NCBI GenBank assembly: GCA_964016885.1
Contig: OZ024741.1
Coordinates: 127,162,001 to 127,226,000 of the forward strand
Length of the DNA: 64,000 nucleotides
Source: Eledone cirrhosa
Lineage: Eukaryota
Reading direction: 5' to 3'
Below, piece after piece: positions 12,989 to 26,844 of this stretch (within the stretch, counting starts at the first letter, position 1; each line of letters starts with the position of its first letter). The notes under the pieces are model-generated. The model made no database searches and had not been told where the DNA came from. It saw only the letters and a program-made list of their open reading frames with translations. A program made the translations under genes and the position numbers.

Positions 12989-13537
12989 TGTTAACTCGCT
13001 GCAATGTACGTGATGACATCACTTGATAAGCAAAGAACACCAAGTTTAAGTTAATACTTGATACACATTAATAGAGGTTAATCTGTTGAAGATATATTTT
13101 AATGGCGGTTTTTAGTTCGACAACATTGCACCATGTCAATAACCATGTACAATAGGACTTCAGTAGTTGTAGACTCCGGCAATACAAACACCACAATACT
13201 GAGACACAAATGTATGAATAAGCGACGATTAAATTTCATGGATATATAGAGTTTTATTCTTAATTGTAGACGGTTTTTGCCAAACTTGTTTATTTAATTA
13301 CACGTTTTAAATTACCTTACTAGCAAATGAAACATTTTCTATCCCGGCGATCTTGTTGCTCTCTCAGCCAGGTAATTAGATTTGTCTTTACCATATATTT
13401 GTATAGTAATTATGTCTGGTTAATGAGGTTGGGTGCAACATCATGTGTCTAATTCAGTCCTTATTTGTGTTTAAAATACAGTAGAATTTAAAATATTTAA
13501 ACATTAATTCAATACTGATAGATTTTATTATTCTATT

Positions 13538-13700
13538 CTACGGCCCTTTACATTCTGAGTTCAAATCCCGCTGAAGTTAGCTTTGCTTTTCATCCTTACG
13601 GGGTCGATAAAATTAAGTACCACTAACGCACTGGGGTCGAGTTAATCGATTTTCCCCTCCCCCAAACTGTTGGCCTTGTGCCTAAATCAGGAAACCTTAT
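13538..13700 (+). mobile_element. SINE family 1, 5'-truncated
   Basis: ttctgagttcaaatcccg..catccttacggggtcgataaa..ggccttgtgcctaaa. Confidence 0.8.
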
Positions 13701-14685
13701 TGTATTCTATTAGTCGGGGGTTTGTGCGTCAAACCTCCCGACTGAATGCCTTCGCCATTCATATCCATCGCACTTTGATATATCTGATCGACGCCCTGGC
13801 CAATAGAATACTGTATGTTTTTTTTTACATATGTCAAGGATAAACGACCTATGCGGTTTTAGCCTTGTGTTGTAGTGTATAAGTCATAGCGGTCTGCTGT
13901 TGTCTCTTGTGGCCTTCTCAGCCAATGACCAACAATATGCAGCTGGTTGCAAATTAGTATATCCGCAAGATTTCTTCTTTTAGTTGTTGCCAGAATCTGT
14001 TGATTTCTGGCTCTATCTCTAGAAGCTGGTAGAGTATAGAAATTTATTTTCTAAATATAAAAACAGGCAGTTATTTCGAAGTTTCAGCTTAATGGCTTCA
14101 TCTAGCATGCCTCAGTAGTGAGCCTCGAATGTCTTAAATAGCTTTATATAGATCAGGATAGTGATAGGGAGGTTAGATAATCTATTTGATTGGATGCCAT
14201 ATGGGTGTATATGTATGTACATGTGTGTTTATGTTGGCAGATTTAATGACTGATTGGACTAAATAGAGTGTTTTGTGTGAGGTGATTGTATATATGGGTG
14301 CATGTTTGTGTGTTTATCGGTAATTCTAGTTTCGGAGAAGAAAGTTTGGGTTTTGCTTTAGTAAAAAGAATTTATATTCAGGATAAAACCAGTTTTAAAC
14401 TAGTTAATCCATTACTCAACAGCGTACTTGACACTTGGGATAGTAGAGCCTTGAACTAGCTGTTGAAACGGCAAGAGCTGACCCGTCGGGCTGAAGGCAA
14501 CTGAGAGAGAAAGCAAAATAAAGGAAAAGAATGATTGAAAATTACCTTAGCAATTTACTCCCAAAATCTTTTGGATTATCCATTCATTAGCAAGGAGGGT
14601 TCGTAGGGGAAGGGGTCTTTGGAGAAAAATATTTAGGTTTTTCTTCCTGGTGGCCTTTCTCGTTTTATTATTAAACTGCAAATGG

Positions 14686-15030
14686 GGTGGTGGATTGGCA
14701 GTATCGGTAGAGAGGCGGACGCCCTGCTTTGCAGCATAGAGTTACGGCGCTTTATGATCTGAGTTCAAATCCCGCCTAGGTTAACTTTGCCTTTCATCCT
14801 TACGGGGTCGATAAAATAAAGTAACAGTCACGCACTGGGGTCGATTTAATCGATTTTCCTCTCCCCCAAAATTGCTGGCCTTGTGCCGATATAAGAAACC
14901 ATTATTAAACTGCTAAGGTTAGGTTAAATAAGCACTAGTGACGTACTGAGATCGATTTATCCGACTTTCCTCCTCCCAAAAAGATAATTTGCCCTCAGCC
15001 TAAATCAGAAACTATTATTAAATTGCTAAG
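14686..15030 (+). mobile_element. SINE family 1 with TSD, plus a duplicated 3' half
   Basis: Full copy at 14686-14900 flanked by attattaaactgc. The 3' part is repeated at about 14925-15030. Confidence 0.8.
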
Positions 15031-15281
15031 GTAACTCTCCGTCATTGTTCCTTTCTTTTGTTTTGCTTCTCTCTCAATTCTCTTCTGATTAATTACCTTG
15101 ATAATCTAACCCACTTACATTACACAACTTTCTATACAAACATACGGACTTTCCAAATATATACATATACATATATATACTATATATATATATATATATA
15201 TATATAATTGGTGTTGGATTCTTAAAGCGTCCGTATGCGGTAGGCCGTTTGAGCACTCGATGCTCTCATAGAACAGAGTAT

Positions 15282-15570
15282 GATATCACAGAAAAAAAAG
15301 ACAATCAGTGTTGCGACGAATGGAATTTATTGGACATATTACAATCGTTTCTCTGGCGACCAGCTCGAGGCACGATTGATGTGATGATCGAACCTAACTC
15401 TGAAAATCGCAAGATCCTCAGATACGCCTTGATTCTACGAAGCAGATTTTTCAGAGTCAGGTTCGATCATCACATCGATCGTGCCTCGAGCTGGTCGCCA
15501 GAGAAACGATTGTAATATGTCCAATAAATTCCATTCGTCGCAACACTGATTCTCTTTTTTTCTGTGATAT
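15282..15570. mobile_element. Fold-back cassette with long-stem-II hammerhead
   Basis: Arms 15282-15407 and 15446-15570 are inverted with few mismatches; the right arm ends in (TA)n. Confidence 0.85.
15333..15428 (-). ncRNA. Type I hammerhead ribozyme with extended stem II
   Basis: Minus: ggcgtat CTGAGGA tcttgcga ...(about 45 nt)... tcgccaga GAAA cgattg TA atatgtc; stem I 7 bp including GU pairs. Confidence 0.78.
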
Positions 15571-15591
15571 ATATATCTATATATATATATA

Positions 15592-15756
15592 TAGGAAAAT
15601 GTTTAACCCCGACGGCAGAGCTCAAGCCGTTTCGACGGCTATTTCTGGACTCTGTCGTCGGGGTTAAATATTTTCCTATTACCCACTCTACTACCCTAAG
15701 TATTGAGTACTCTGGTGCGTAATGGTCCATCTGGTTCCTTACCACACTTCTTTCGT

Positions 15757-15758
<2 letters not shown>
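15592..15758. mobile_element. Fold-back cassette family B in (TA)n
   Basis: aggaaaatgtttaaccccgacggcagag versus ctctgtcgtcggggttaaatattttcct; long arm ends ttcgtta(ta)n. Other copies at 18581, 22781, 39805 and 54012. Confidence 0.8.
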
Positions 15759-15787
<29 letters not shown>

Positions 15788-15801
15788 ATATATATATACA
15801 A

Positions 15802-15834
<33 letters not shown>

Positions 15835-15855
15835 TATATATATATACATATATAT

Positions 15856-15887
<32 letters not shown>

Positions 15888-15888
<1 letters not shown>

Positions 15889-17048
15889 TAGCTGAGGTAC
15901 CCAGCTTCGTCAAGGTTAACAAATGATAAGAGAAGACCGGCAGAAGAGAAAATGTCTGTATGGAATGCATTGTCTGGTTTACAGTGTGTGCGTATTGTGT
16001 GTGTGTGTGTGTGTGTTTGTGTATATATATATATGTGTGAGTGTGAGTGTGTGTATATATTTATATGTGTGTGTGTATGTGTGTGTGTGCCTGTGTGAGT
16101 GTTCGTGTGTGTGCGTGTGTGTAAACCACCGTTGGAATAGGAGACATAGGCCGCGAAACACGATCATCATTGACAACGAACTCGCAGAGAGAATCCCTTA
16201 TGGTTGATTCCCAACCTGCTAGAAATAGCAGTCAGGTTGGATAGCATTCTTGGTATGTCTTTCTTCTTCTTTGGTGTTATAAAATTAGTATCAATAAACT
16301 TTCCTGGATATACTCTTATCCCAATCCTGTACGTACTTTCCGATTGTCACTTTTCGTTTTTTTCGTGTGATACGCTAATTTTGTCGTACAATATACATCA
16401 GTAATCGTTGTGTAATGTTTAAAACATATGAATAGCTGCGATATATGCACCATATCAATCAAAAACGATATGAGAATTGAATACCATACTAAAGCGTCAG
16501 TAAGCTTGCTAAGAACCTGTAGATAGAAATGTTAATAAATACATTTGACTTGGGTAAACTTTAAGATGTTCTGTACGTTAAAGAAAATTGATAGTTACAA
16601 CATTAAAGGTTGAATAGAGAACAAATGTTATAACAAACTTTACAATAATTTGTACAACCATAATGGAAATTCCAAGAAACAGAAAATACAAAAATTACAT
16701 TGTTAGAGCCTCAGAGTATACAATATTTTTTGTTTGGTCCTCGGGAGCAAAGATGAAGAGATTGTTTGGGGAGCTCACCCTAGAGGATCCATGGTTTTCT
16801 CAGATGAAGGCCAGCCACTTTTAGGGTTTGACTCTGAGCTTTGTTGATGGTAATCGCGAAGCTTAGTCTCTCTGTTGCTCTAGTAACATTTTTTTCTTCT
16901 GGAAAATCTGATCTTTCGGGCAGGCTAGGACATTTTGGGTGGCATATCGGCAGTAACAATGACGATAAGCCTTCTGTGCTTTCGTAAAATAAATACGTTT
17001 GTTTATATTTTGTTTTTGTGTATGCAAAAATATCTGTACACGAATATA

Positions 17049-17112
<64 letters not shown>

Positions 17113-17480
17113 TAACAGATTAAAGTTTAAGCAGAGAATCGCTGCTTTCACCCTTAACGGAATCTTCTGAAACAAAAAAAAAACAATCTGTGAACGCAGA
17201 AGTAAATATTTCGAAAAACGTTGCAACCGAAAGAAAACAGGAAGATGATACTTTGGTTCGTTAGGAATGTCGTATAACCGGAAGAGTTGACATTTGAAAA
17301 TTTTAAAGAAGTAAATATTTAAATTATCTCTTTAATCTTTTAACAAAATTCAGTAGACGAAAATACCCTCACTTCTTTACTTGGAAAAAGTTACATCTAT
17401 GGTGCAAATTTGGTGCTGTTTGGTCCGGCCGTTCGGCAGAAAGTTTGTTACCTACATACACGGTATTGTATATATATATG
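15888..17480 (-). mobile_element. Non-autonomous Helitron with helicase remnant
   Basis: Minus 3' end hairpin followed by CTAG|T at 15888. Shares internal blocks with the Helitron at 37325-37964. Pif1-like fragment inside. Confidence 0.7.
16704..16870 (-). pseudogene. Helitron Pif1-like helicase C-terminal fragment
   Basis: RLSFAITINKAQSQTLKVAGLHL, then a frameshift or deletion, then SSRVSSPNNLFIFAPEDQTKNIVYSEAL (motifs V and VI). Confidence 0.8.
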
Positions 17481-17711
17481 TATATATATATATATAAATG
17501 AAAATAGAGAAATTAATGTAAGCAAAAAGCCGACAATAATTCAGACATATAAGTGACTATAACATCAAGATGAAAAATTTTTAACGTAAGATATGGGATA
17601 AATAATTCAATCTTAATTCAAAACAAGTCAAGAAGAAAACTTTTATCCTCAGACTTTGTGTAAGCTCGGGAAAAAAACCAATACAATCTTAACTCAAAAT
17701 AAAATAAAATT

Positions 17712-17747
<36 letters not shown>

Positions 17748-17769
17748 AATTTTATTTTATTTTGAGTTA

Positions 17770-17954
17770 AGATCAGAGCAAACATCACGTACGCTCTATC
17801 TCAAAATTATTTTTGAAAAGCATTTAGAAATGCGCAACCGGTAAAACTTAAAACCAAAACTGAATACTAACCAATACAATTACTAATTCTCATTTATTCC
17901 TAATTAAACTATTTTTCACTGTGAACAATTTGTCAGCATTTTCTATTCCGTTTA

Positions 17955-17960
<6 letters not shown>
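17770..17960 (+). mobile_element. Solo 3' end of the Neptune PLE pseudo-LTR
   Basis: Near-identical to 7220-7410; ends in (TA)n. Confidence 0.88.
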
Positions 17961-18027
<67 letters not shown>

Positions 18028-18067
18028 TTATTTTATAAAATCAAAAGATGGTTAAAAGAGTTCCATG

Positions 18068-18138
18068 TATTATATTATGCGCATTTCAAAAACAAATATC
18101 ATCATGGGATGATATTTGCGTTCTCATCAGATAACATA
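18068..18138 (-). ncRNA. Hammerhead ribozyme (same family as 52315-52383)
   Basis: Minus: ttat CTGATGA gaacgcaaatatcatc ccat gatgatatttgttttt GAAA tgcgca TA ata; palindromic stem III. Confidence 0.72.
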
Positions 18139-18160
18139 GGGAGACATGATATATATATAT

Positions 18161-19140
<980 letters not shown>

Positions 19141-19145
<5 letters not shown>

Positions 19146-19480
19146 CGAAACATAAGTCAATTGCATGAACTCATAATCCTTTATTTACTGCTATATATAT
19201 TTCGATGATAGCCATTGAATTGCTATGACCTCATCAGGCAGTTAGTCAGTTCTTAGATATGCCAGCTCTGTGTTTATAGTGTTGATGGTATCAGAGCCTT
19301 GGGACATATGAGCTTGTTAAGAATAATTTAATGTTGTCAGCAGGAATAGTCTTAATTCTTATTGGTCAGTTTGTAGATGCTAGTAGGGTTGGTATTTGAC
19401 CTCAAAGAGGCAGGTGGTGTTGTAAAGTTCAAACCGTCAGGCAAGATGACAATATTTCCATATGACTGATTTTCACAAAA
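19141..19480 (-). mobile_element. Degenerate Hydra-type PLE 3' end
   Basis: Decayed endonuclease-tail-like sequence, then an HHR and aataaa, ending at (TA)n. Confidence 0.55.
19187..19242 (-). ncRNA. Type I hammerhead ribozyme
   Basis: Minus: actgc CTGATGA ggtcatagc aattcaatg gctatcatc GAAA tatata TA gcagt. Confidence 0.78.
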
Positions 19481-20129
19481 AGCATTCCTGGTCAGATATA
19501 TATTCAATTAGGGTTAATAGTATGAAATAGATACTACAGGTCATTCTTAAATTGAGGAATTGATGTGGAGTGGTGCTACTGAAAATTATGGTTAGAGTAG
19601 AACATTTACAAATAAAAAGACTAATGTAGGTTGGCTTGCACGTACACTCACACCCACCTCCACAGACACACACACACTTCCACACATACAATTTGAGGAA
19701 TTAATGTGGGGTGGTAATACTTAAAATAATTGTTAGAGTCAAATACTTAGATAGTTTAGAAAATTTAGAAATAAAAGGCTTATGTTGGTTGACTTGTACA
19801 TACACTCACACCTACCGCCTCAGACACACACACATCTACACACACAAATCCATACAGGTGTGTATATATATATATGTACGCACAAGTACATATATAAATA
19901 CATAAAATATATATATATAAAATATATATATATATATATAAAATACATATATATAAAATACATATACATATATAAAATATATATACATATAAAAAATATA
20001 CATACATATAAAATATACATACACATATATATATAAAATACATATATATATATACATATATATATATAAAATACACACATATACACATATAAAATACATA
20101 CATATATATATATAATATATATATATATA

Positions 20130-21825
20130 AAATCAGGTTCAATAAAACGTGGTTTTGATGACTCCTAACCAGTAGAGGATCCGGTGGACCATCCATCATA
20201 GGGACCACAAACTATGGGTGGTTGTTGTTGTCCATTGGTCATTGGTACGGGGTGTAGGGGACCTACAGGGGGGCGTTGTGTGTGAGGCCTTAACCGGGGT
20301 TTATCCATATAGCTTGAGGAAAATTCCCGTCCTTAGGTGTCTGCGGCCCTTCTGTTTAATAGCTTGGGTCCACCATGAAGTATCTTGAGTGTCTCACTAA
20401 GACAGAGGTTGCAAATACCAGACCTGCCTCTGTCTGGGGGAACCTTTCTAACCACGGACCAGACCAGAGAGTGCGGGGTCTTTTCAAGTTTGAGCTTCCA
20501 GATCAATTCAGAAACATTTCCTCTTAGCTATTCTGTTAAAGGAATGGCGATGGTTATACCACCGATCTTTGAAGCTCGTCGCTGTGAATCTTATGTAGTG
20601 GTGCTCCGAGTTAGGGGTTGTGACCTTGCATCTGTGGACTACGTTTTTCGTCATGCATTCATTACTAAGGGGGCATAGTGATGGGTCTCTGCGATTACAT
20701 GACTTCTTAAGCCCCACCACGTGTACCACGTGGTTACCGTCACTCGGGGTTGGCTGAGTAGCCTCCGCAATCAGCACAGGGTCGTTGGGTTCCGGTGTGC
20801 TAGTTGGGCCTGTCCGGGTTCCGGTGCGTCCCGTGTGCTGGTTCTGTTGGGTGGCTCCGGGGTTTACGGTGGTATTAGAAGCAGTGAGCCTATTCCTATT
20901 TATGCCAGCTATTTGTTGGGCTACGGAGCGTGTGGTTGAGTAGGAAAGTTTCACCGTGTGCCTGTTGAATATTTTATGGTACTTGTGGGCCCTAGGGAAA
21001 CATATATCCAGTACTCTAAAGAATGTTCTAGCCAGGCTGGTATGTAGACCCACCGCGTACGGAGGGTTATACCATGTGACCTTCCTGGTCCTATTCTTGC
21101 GGGGTTGTTGGGTGTCCGCCGTGGTCCATCGCGTGGTTGTGCACAGCTCAGGTCGAGCTCGGTTGGTGTCACTCAGGTGTGCGGAGCCGTCACTATCATG
21201 AGGGTTATATGGGACCCCCGTGGGGCTATAAACCTGCGAGGTGCGGACTCCCTGCTCAATTAGGGTTCGGCGGGTGGTGGCGCCGATGCAGGGGTGCCTA
21301 TGCTCCGCAGCACAGTGGTCTTCAGCGTTGTAGGTATTAGACCGGTGGGGTATGCGGGACCTTCTACCGGGGGTGGTGACGGATAGGGGTCTGGGAGTGT
21401 TACTACTGGTCACCGAGGTATTAGGTGGGCGACTCATGCCCCTGAGGGTATTGGTCCGGGGTACCCTTGGGTCATCTCGATCATGTCCCTTAGGGTTGTA
21501 GCTGATCCTATGGCTGTGGGACGCCTTGGCTAGCGCTGAGTTATAGTAATCAGCGTTACTATTGAAGATCTCTTTATTGGCCGACAAGTTAGAGATCCTG
21601 TCAGAGACACTCTTAACTACGGCCTTAACTATTGATCTAGGGTGATTGGACCCAGCGTTGATATACACCAGCTTCTCATTAGGTTTATGATATGGGTGGT
21701 GTAGCTTGGTGTTGAGGTTGAGGGTGGTGTCCAGGAAATTCAGTACTTTTCTATTGGGTTCTATCTCTACTCTAAGTCCTACCTTGCTAAAGAAGTGCCT
21801 AATTCTCCTCTTCATATTTGCGATA
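20130..21825 (-). mobile_element. Hydra-type PLE, 5'-truncated (RT thumb + GIY-YIG), bounded by (TA)n
   Basis: [68 protein letters not shown]. In a shifted frame: IWKLK..WSVV..CNLCLSE..LLNRR. Confidence 0.9.
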
Positions 21826-21854
21826 TATATATACTTACAGTAAACATTGATGCA

Positions 21855-21902
<48 letters not shown>

Positions 21903-21907
<5 letters not shown>

Positions 21908-22760
21908 AGTATGTATGTATACGTACATACATATATGTATACATACGTACAGTAGCATGTATATATATATATATATATATATACATACATACATGCAGGT
22001 ACACATACATATATGCACGCATCAGTTTAGCAGACGCTTATTATAGCGCTTGCTTTGTTCGTTGACAAACGAACAAAGCAAGCGCTATAATAAGCGTCTG
22101 CTAAACTGATGCGTGCATATATGTATGTGTACCTGCATGTATGTATGTATATATATATATATATACATGCTACTGTACGTCTGTATACATATATGTATGT
22201 ACGTATACATACATACTTACATTTAAGTAAGTGCCATACTAAGAGTGAGAAATGAAATTTCGTTTTTCGTTTTCTCTCTTTTCAACTTATCGTTTTCGGT
22301 ATGCCTGACCGATTTAACTCACTCAATAAGCAAATTAGGCTGCTCAGCCGTTAATTTTCATAAGGAAAGTATATACTTTCGAACGTTCAACTATCTGGCA
22401 GATGGGTAAACGGTGCTGATGATAGCTAACAAGCTTGAAACTAGTACATCGTTCCTGTGTCAGTGTTGAACAAAAAGGTGACGTGGTTGCCTTAACACCG
22501 TATGGCATAAATTCAGGCTGTTCAGTTTGTTGACAAACGAACAAAGCAAGCGCTATAATAAGCGTCTGCTAAACTGATGCGTGCATATATGTATGTGTAC
22601 CTGCATGTATGTATGTATATATATATATATATATACATGCTACTGTACGTCTGTATACATATATGTATGTACGTATACATACATACTTACATTTAAGTAA
22701 GTGCCATACTAAGAGTGAGAAATGAAATTTCGTTTTTCGTTTTCATTTTTTTCAACTTAT
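21903..22760 (+). mobile_element. Retrozyme-like or non-autonomous PLE: 468-bp unit in about 1.5 tandem copies with an inverted 5' arm
   Basis: 22063-22290 is repeated at 22531-22760. 21903-22063 is inverted to 22068-22222. HHR in the unique part; (TA)n on both flanks. Confidence 0.8.
22410..22452 (+). ncRNA. Minimal type I hammerhead ribozyme
   Basis: acggtg CTGATGA t agct aaca agct t GAAA ctag TA catcgt; 6-bp stem I and palindromic stem III ACTAGT. Confidence 0.82.
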
Positions 22761-22780
22761 ATATATATATATATATATAT

Positions 22781-22948
22781 AACGAAGGAATTGTAGTAAG
22801 GAACCAGATGAAACATAACGCACATGAGTACTCAATACTTAGGGTAGTAGAGTGGGTAAAAGTATGATCCCGACGGCAGAGCTCAAGCCGTTTCGACGGC
22901 TCTTTCTAGAAATAGCCGTCGAAACGGCTTGAGCTCTGCCGTTTTCCT
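22781..22948. mobile_element. Fold-back cassette family B
   Basis: cggcagagctcaagccgtttcgacggct versus agccgtcgaaacggcttgagctctgccg; TA flanks. Confidence 0.8.
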
Positions 22949-22960
22949 ATATATATATAT

Positions 22961-23150
22961 TTGTTTTGCGAGGTTTTTGATATGAAATCGTGTGTCGAAA
23001 CAAATATTGTTTTACTTGGGGAGGGTCATATTGTTGTAATAATATTGCCAGAATTAATAACAGAACACACTCACTGTTTGGTTTGTATTCGCTTCTGTAT
23101 CTTTTATATCAGTTAATTCATTCGGTCCTCAAAGTTTACCATTGAATCCC
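22961..23150 (-). mobile_element. Family-A-related PLE terminus
   Basis: Homologous to 27221-27360 and to the family A 3' end (tacttggggagggtcat). Confidence 0.65.
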
Positions 23151-23502
23151 ACTAAAAACGTGGTTTGTTTTCTCAGCTTAAAGTCGGATACTTCTTCGAT
23201 AGACATCATAAATTATGGAAAGATTATGTAATCAGAGATCTGTAGCACTGACATTATGTAGCTATTATACAGACGAAAATAGATGCAATGCTATATCGTG
23301 AACATAGAAGGTTATCAAAAAAGAAATATCTGTCCAACACAACTAAGTGAATGGTTTGTTGTTGGTTATTGTGGAATTATATATAGAGAGAGAAACGAAG
23401 GTCAAAATTGGTGCAGCAGTATCTACGGTTAAATTGTGTGTCTGTCTGTATGTCTATATGTATGTATGTATGTATAAATATATATATATATATATTGTAT
23501 AT

Positions 23503-23558
<56 letters not shown>

Positions 23559-23714
23559 GTATAGTGGTAGCTAAATATATATATTGAGAGAGAGAAAGAG
23601 AGAGATAAATAGATACAGATATATGTGTGTGCATGTACATATATATACACGCATATATATATGTATATATATATGTGTGTGTGTATATATATACATAAAT
23701 ATATAAGGGCGTAC

Positions 23715-23762
<48 letters not shown>

Positions 23763-23935
23763 TTGGTTTATCAAGTATATTTATAGTCACTATTTATAAA
23801 ACAAATTTTGCATTTTATCTGTTGAGAGCGTACCAAAGTTTTTTTGGTGCCATTAAAATATATATAATAAAATAAATATGGTTTCATAAATATAGTTTCT
23901 ATTTATTAATATCATTGATATATATACATATATAT

Positions 23936-24117
<182 letters not shown>

Positions 24118-24471
24118 ATATATATATGTATATATATCAATGATATTAATAAATGGAAACTATATTTATGAAACCATATATATATATTTCGTTTCTGAAT
24201 TTGTTTAGCAAGATTCTTTATCTGAAATCGTGTGTTGAAACCGATATTGTTATACTTTGGGAGGGTCATGTTGCCAATAAGAAACACACGCACCAGTTGC
24301 TTTCACTTCAATTTATTATAATAAATTTATAATAAATTTATAAATTTATAAATTTCTGGTTGGTTGGTTGGTTGGTTCCACAACCAGATAGTTGTTTCTG
24401 TGTGTCACACAGAAACAAAATGGCGTAGGACAGAACAAAGGAGAGGCACAGAAACAAAGAAAGGAATCCCC

Positions 24472-24516
24472 AGTCACTGAAGAGGTCACAGAGTGTGTGA
24501 CGAAAGAACTATGACT
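24472..24516 (+). ncRNA. Minimal hammerhead ribozyme (family A)
   Basis: agtca CTGAAGA g gtcaca gagtg tgtgac GAAA gaac TA tgact. Confidence 0.8.
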
Positions 24517-24664
24517 ATATATAAACAACTATCTGGTTGTGGAACCAACCAACCAACCAGAAATTTATAAATTTATAAATTTATTATAAATTTATTATAA
24601 TAAATTGAGGTGAAAGCAACTGGTGCGTGTGTTTCTTATTGGCAACATGACCCTCCCAAAGTAT

Positions 24665-24746
<82 letters not shown>

Positions 24747-24821
24747 GTATATATGTATATATATATGTATATATATCAATGATATTAATAAATGGAAACT
24801 ATATTTATAAAACCATATTTA

Positions 24822-24880
24822 TTTTATTATATATATTTCAAGGGCACCAAAAAACTTTGGTACGCTCTCATCAGATAAAA
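24822..24880 (-). ncRNA. Hammerhead ribozyme (family C); mutated mirror copy at 23813-23872(+)
   Basis: Minus: ttttat CTGATGA gagcgtaccaaa gtt tttggtgccctt GAAA tatata TA ataaaa. Confidence 0.8.
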
Positions 24881-24939
24881 TACAAAATTTGTTTTATAAA
24901 TAGTGACATACTTGATAAACCAAACCTTATCTATTCAGG

Positions 24940-25025
<86 letters not shown>

Positions 25026-26037
25026 TACTCTTAAAGCTTGCTGGATTTGATTATGTATATGGTTAATTATGCTGATTAGAGGAAGAAATAGTATATATTT
25101 TAATATCTGATTGATTCTATAGACACGTTTTATGATATATATATATATATATATACATATATGTGCGTATATATATATATATTTATATATATATGTGTGT
25201 GTGTGTATATATATATATGCATACATGCATATATAGATATGCATACATATATACATACATATTTCTCGGCATATAACCAGATATATAAGGAACGCTCAAA
25301 AACATTTTAAAAAGCTAAAAATATATGTATTTAATGAAAGATGGCGGTTTTCCATTTCTCCTCGATTGAAACAGATAGAGTATATTCCTGTACGTCAAAG
25401 AAAATAGCTAGCTGTGCGTGCATGCAAATGTTAATTCTAAACTTTCACATTGATCTTTTCTCAAACGCTTCCACATTACATTCATCTCCTTTCAAATTCT
25501 ATTTTAAAATGTTCGTATTAAGACATGTTGATATGCGCATATATTTACATACATATAATTAACTGTATGTGTATACATTTACAAATGTACGTATAGATTC
25601 GTCTACGAGTATGGTTGTATATGTCAGTCCATATGTACTGATATGTACAGACACACCAGCAAGCACCTACCCGTACATATATACATACCTTCACACAAGT
25701 GTATGTAAATAAATGTACATAACTATATATGCATGTATACATTTAAGTTTAGTGGTTCACCACTGGATAGAACTGGTCATTCCGTTTAGTTAACTATGAT
25801 ATAATTGTAGGAAAAGCACTCTACGTTACGCAAATCATCCATCGTTGATGTTGATTCCTGTGGTTGGTGCAGGAACGGAGTTAAATATTGGTTTGACTTA
25901 AATAATAGGAGGCCGGACTGGTGATAGTCGTTTAAAGTTTTATAGTTGCAAAAACGCTATATATATTTCAATAGCCTGGTTACGTAAGATCCTGGCGACA
26001 TCCTCATAGATACACGTGTATATATATATATATATAT

Positions 26038-26400
26038 GTTTCTTTATTAGCCACAGGGGCACAAAAGAAGGGGACAAATACAAAGGGGGAAGTTTACATA
26101 CAATAAAAACGTGTAAAATACTATCACAAATGCAATTGAAAAATTAATCGATTTTCCCCAATAGGGGGAGACATTACATATGGGTAACACATACTCCCGA
26201 AAAAATGTGCAACCCTCATCTCCAGGAGTACGAAGAGTGAGTACCCCCTTCCTCTCTTCCTCTTTTTCCTCAACCTACAGGCTGATATAGAGAGAAGGCC
26301 CATTCACTCGGGCTATTCTCGCCACTGTCACCCACCTTTCATAAAACTTGCTGGGGTACCTGCATTGTTTCGGCTTTATTATACATATACAAACGTTTAT
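26038..26400 (-). mobile_element. L1/Tx1-like retrotransposon 3' end
   Basis: ORF end SKFYERWVTVARIARVNGPSLYISL* resembles the element at 58180-58263; tail gcccctgtggctaataaagaaac runs into (TA)n. Confidence 0.65.
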
Positions 26401-26465
26401 ATATATATGAAAGACTTCGGCCATGTCTAACTTATCAAAGTTATCAAGTATGAAAGGTATGAAAG

Positions 26466-26533
<68 letters not shown>

Positions 26534-26550
26534 CTTTCATACCTTAAAGT

Positions 26551-26609
<59 letters not shown>

Positions 26610-26612
26610 GTG

Positions 26613-26671
<59 letters not shown>

Positions 26672-26844
26672 GTGTGTGCGTGTGTGTGTGCGTGTGTGTG
26701 CGTGTGTGTGTCTCGGCTCGAATCGGAGGTAACCACAGTAAGTAAGGTACTCAATACATAGCAGAGTATAAATGTTTAATATAGTAATGGCTTCTACAGG
26801 ACTAGAACTGTTCATTCGAAGGAAATCATACATATATACACACA

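Noticed and set aside
13950-14600. Possible Naiad-like PLE RT tail and HHR-like motif on the minus strand
   Set aside because: Too degenerate. Part of it matches 15020-15087 as an inverted repeat, so a coding origin cannot be supported by eye.
20160-20210. HHR at the 3' end of the minus Hydra PLE (also 47845-47905)
   Set aside because: The GAAA or CUGA boxes are missing; at most a decayed relic.
21826-22022. N-terminus of the 504-aa minus ORF
   Set aside because: Microsatellite and fold-back arm fused in frame to a truncated PLE ORF.
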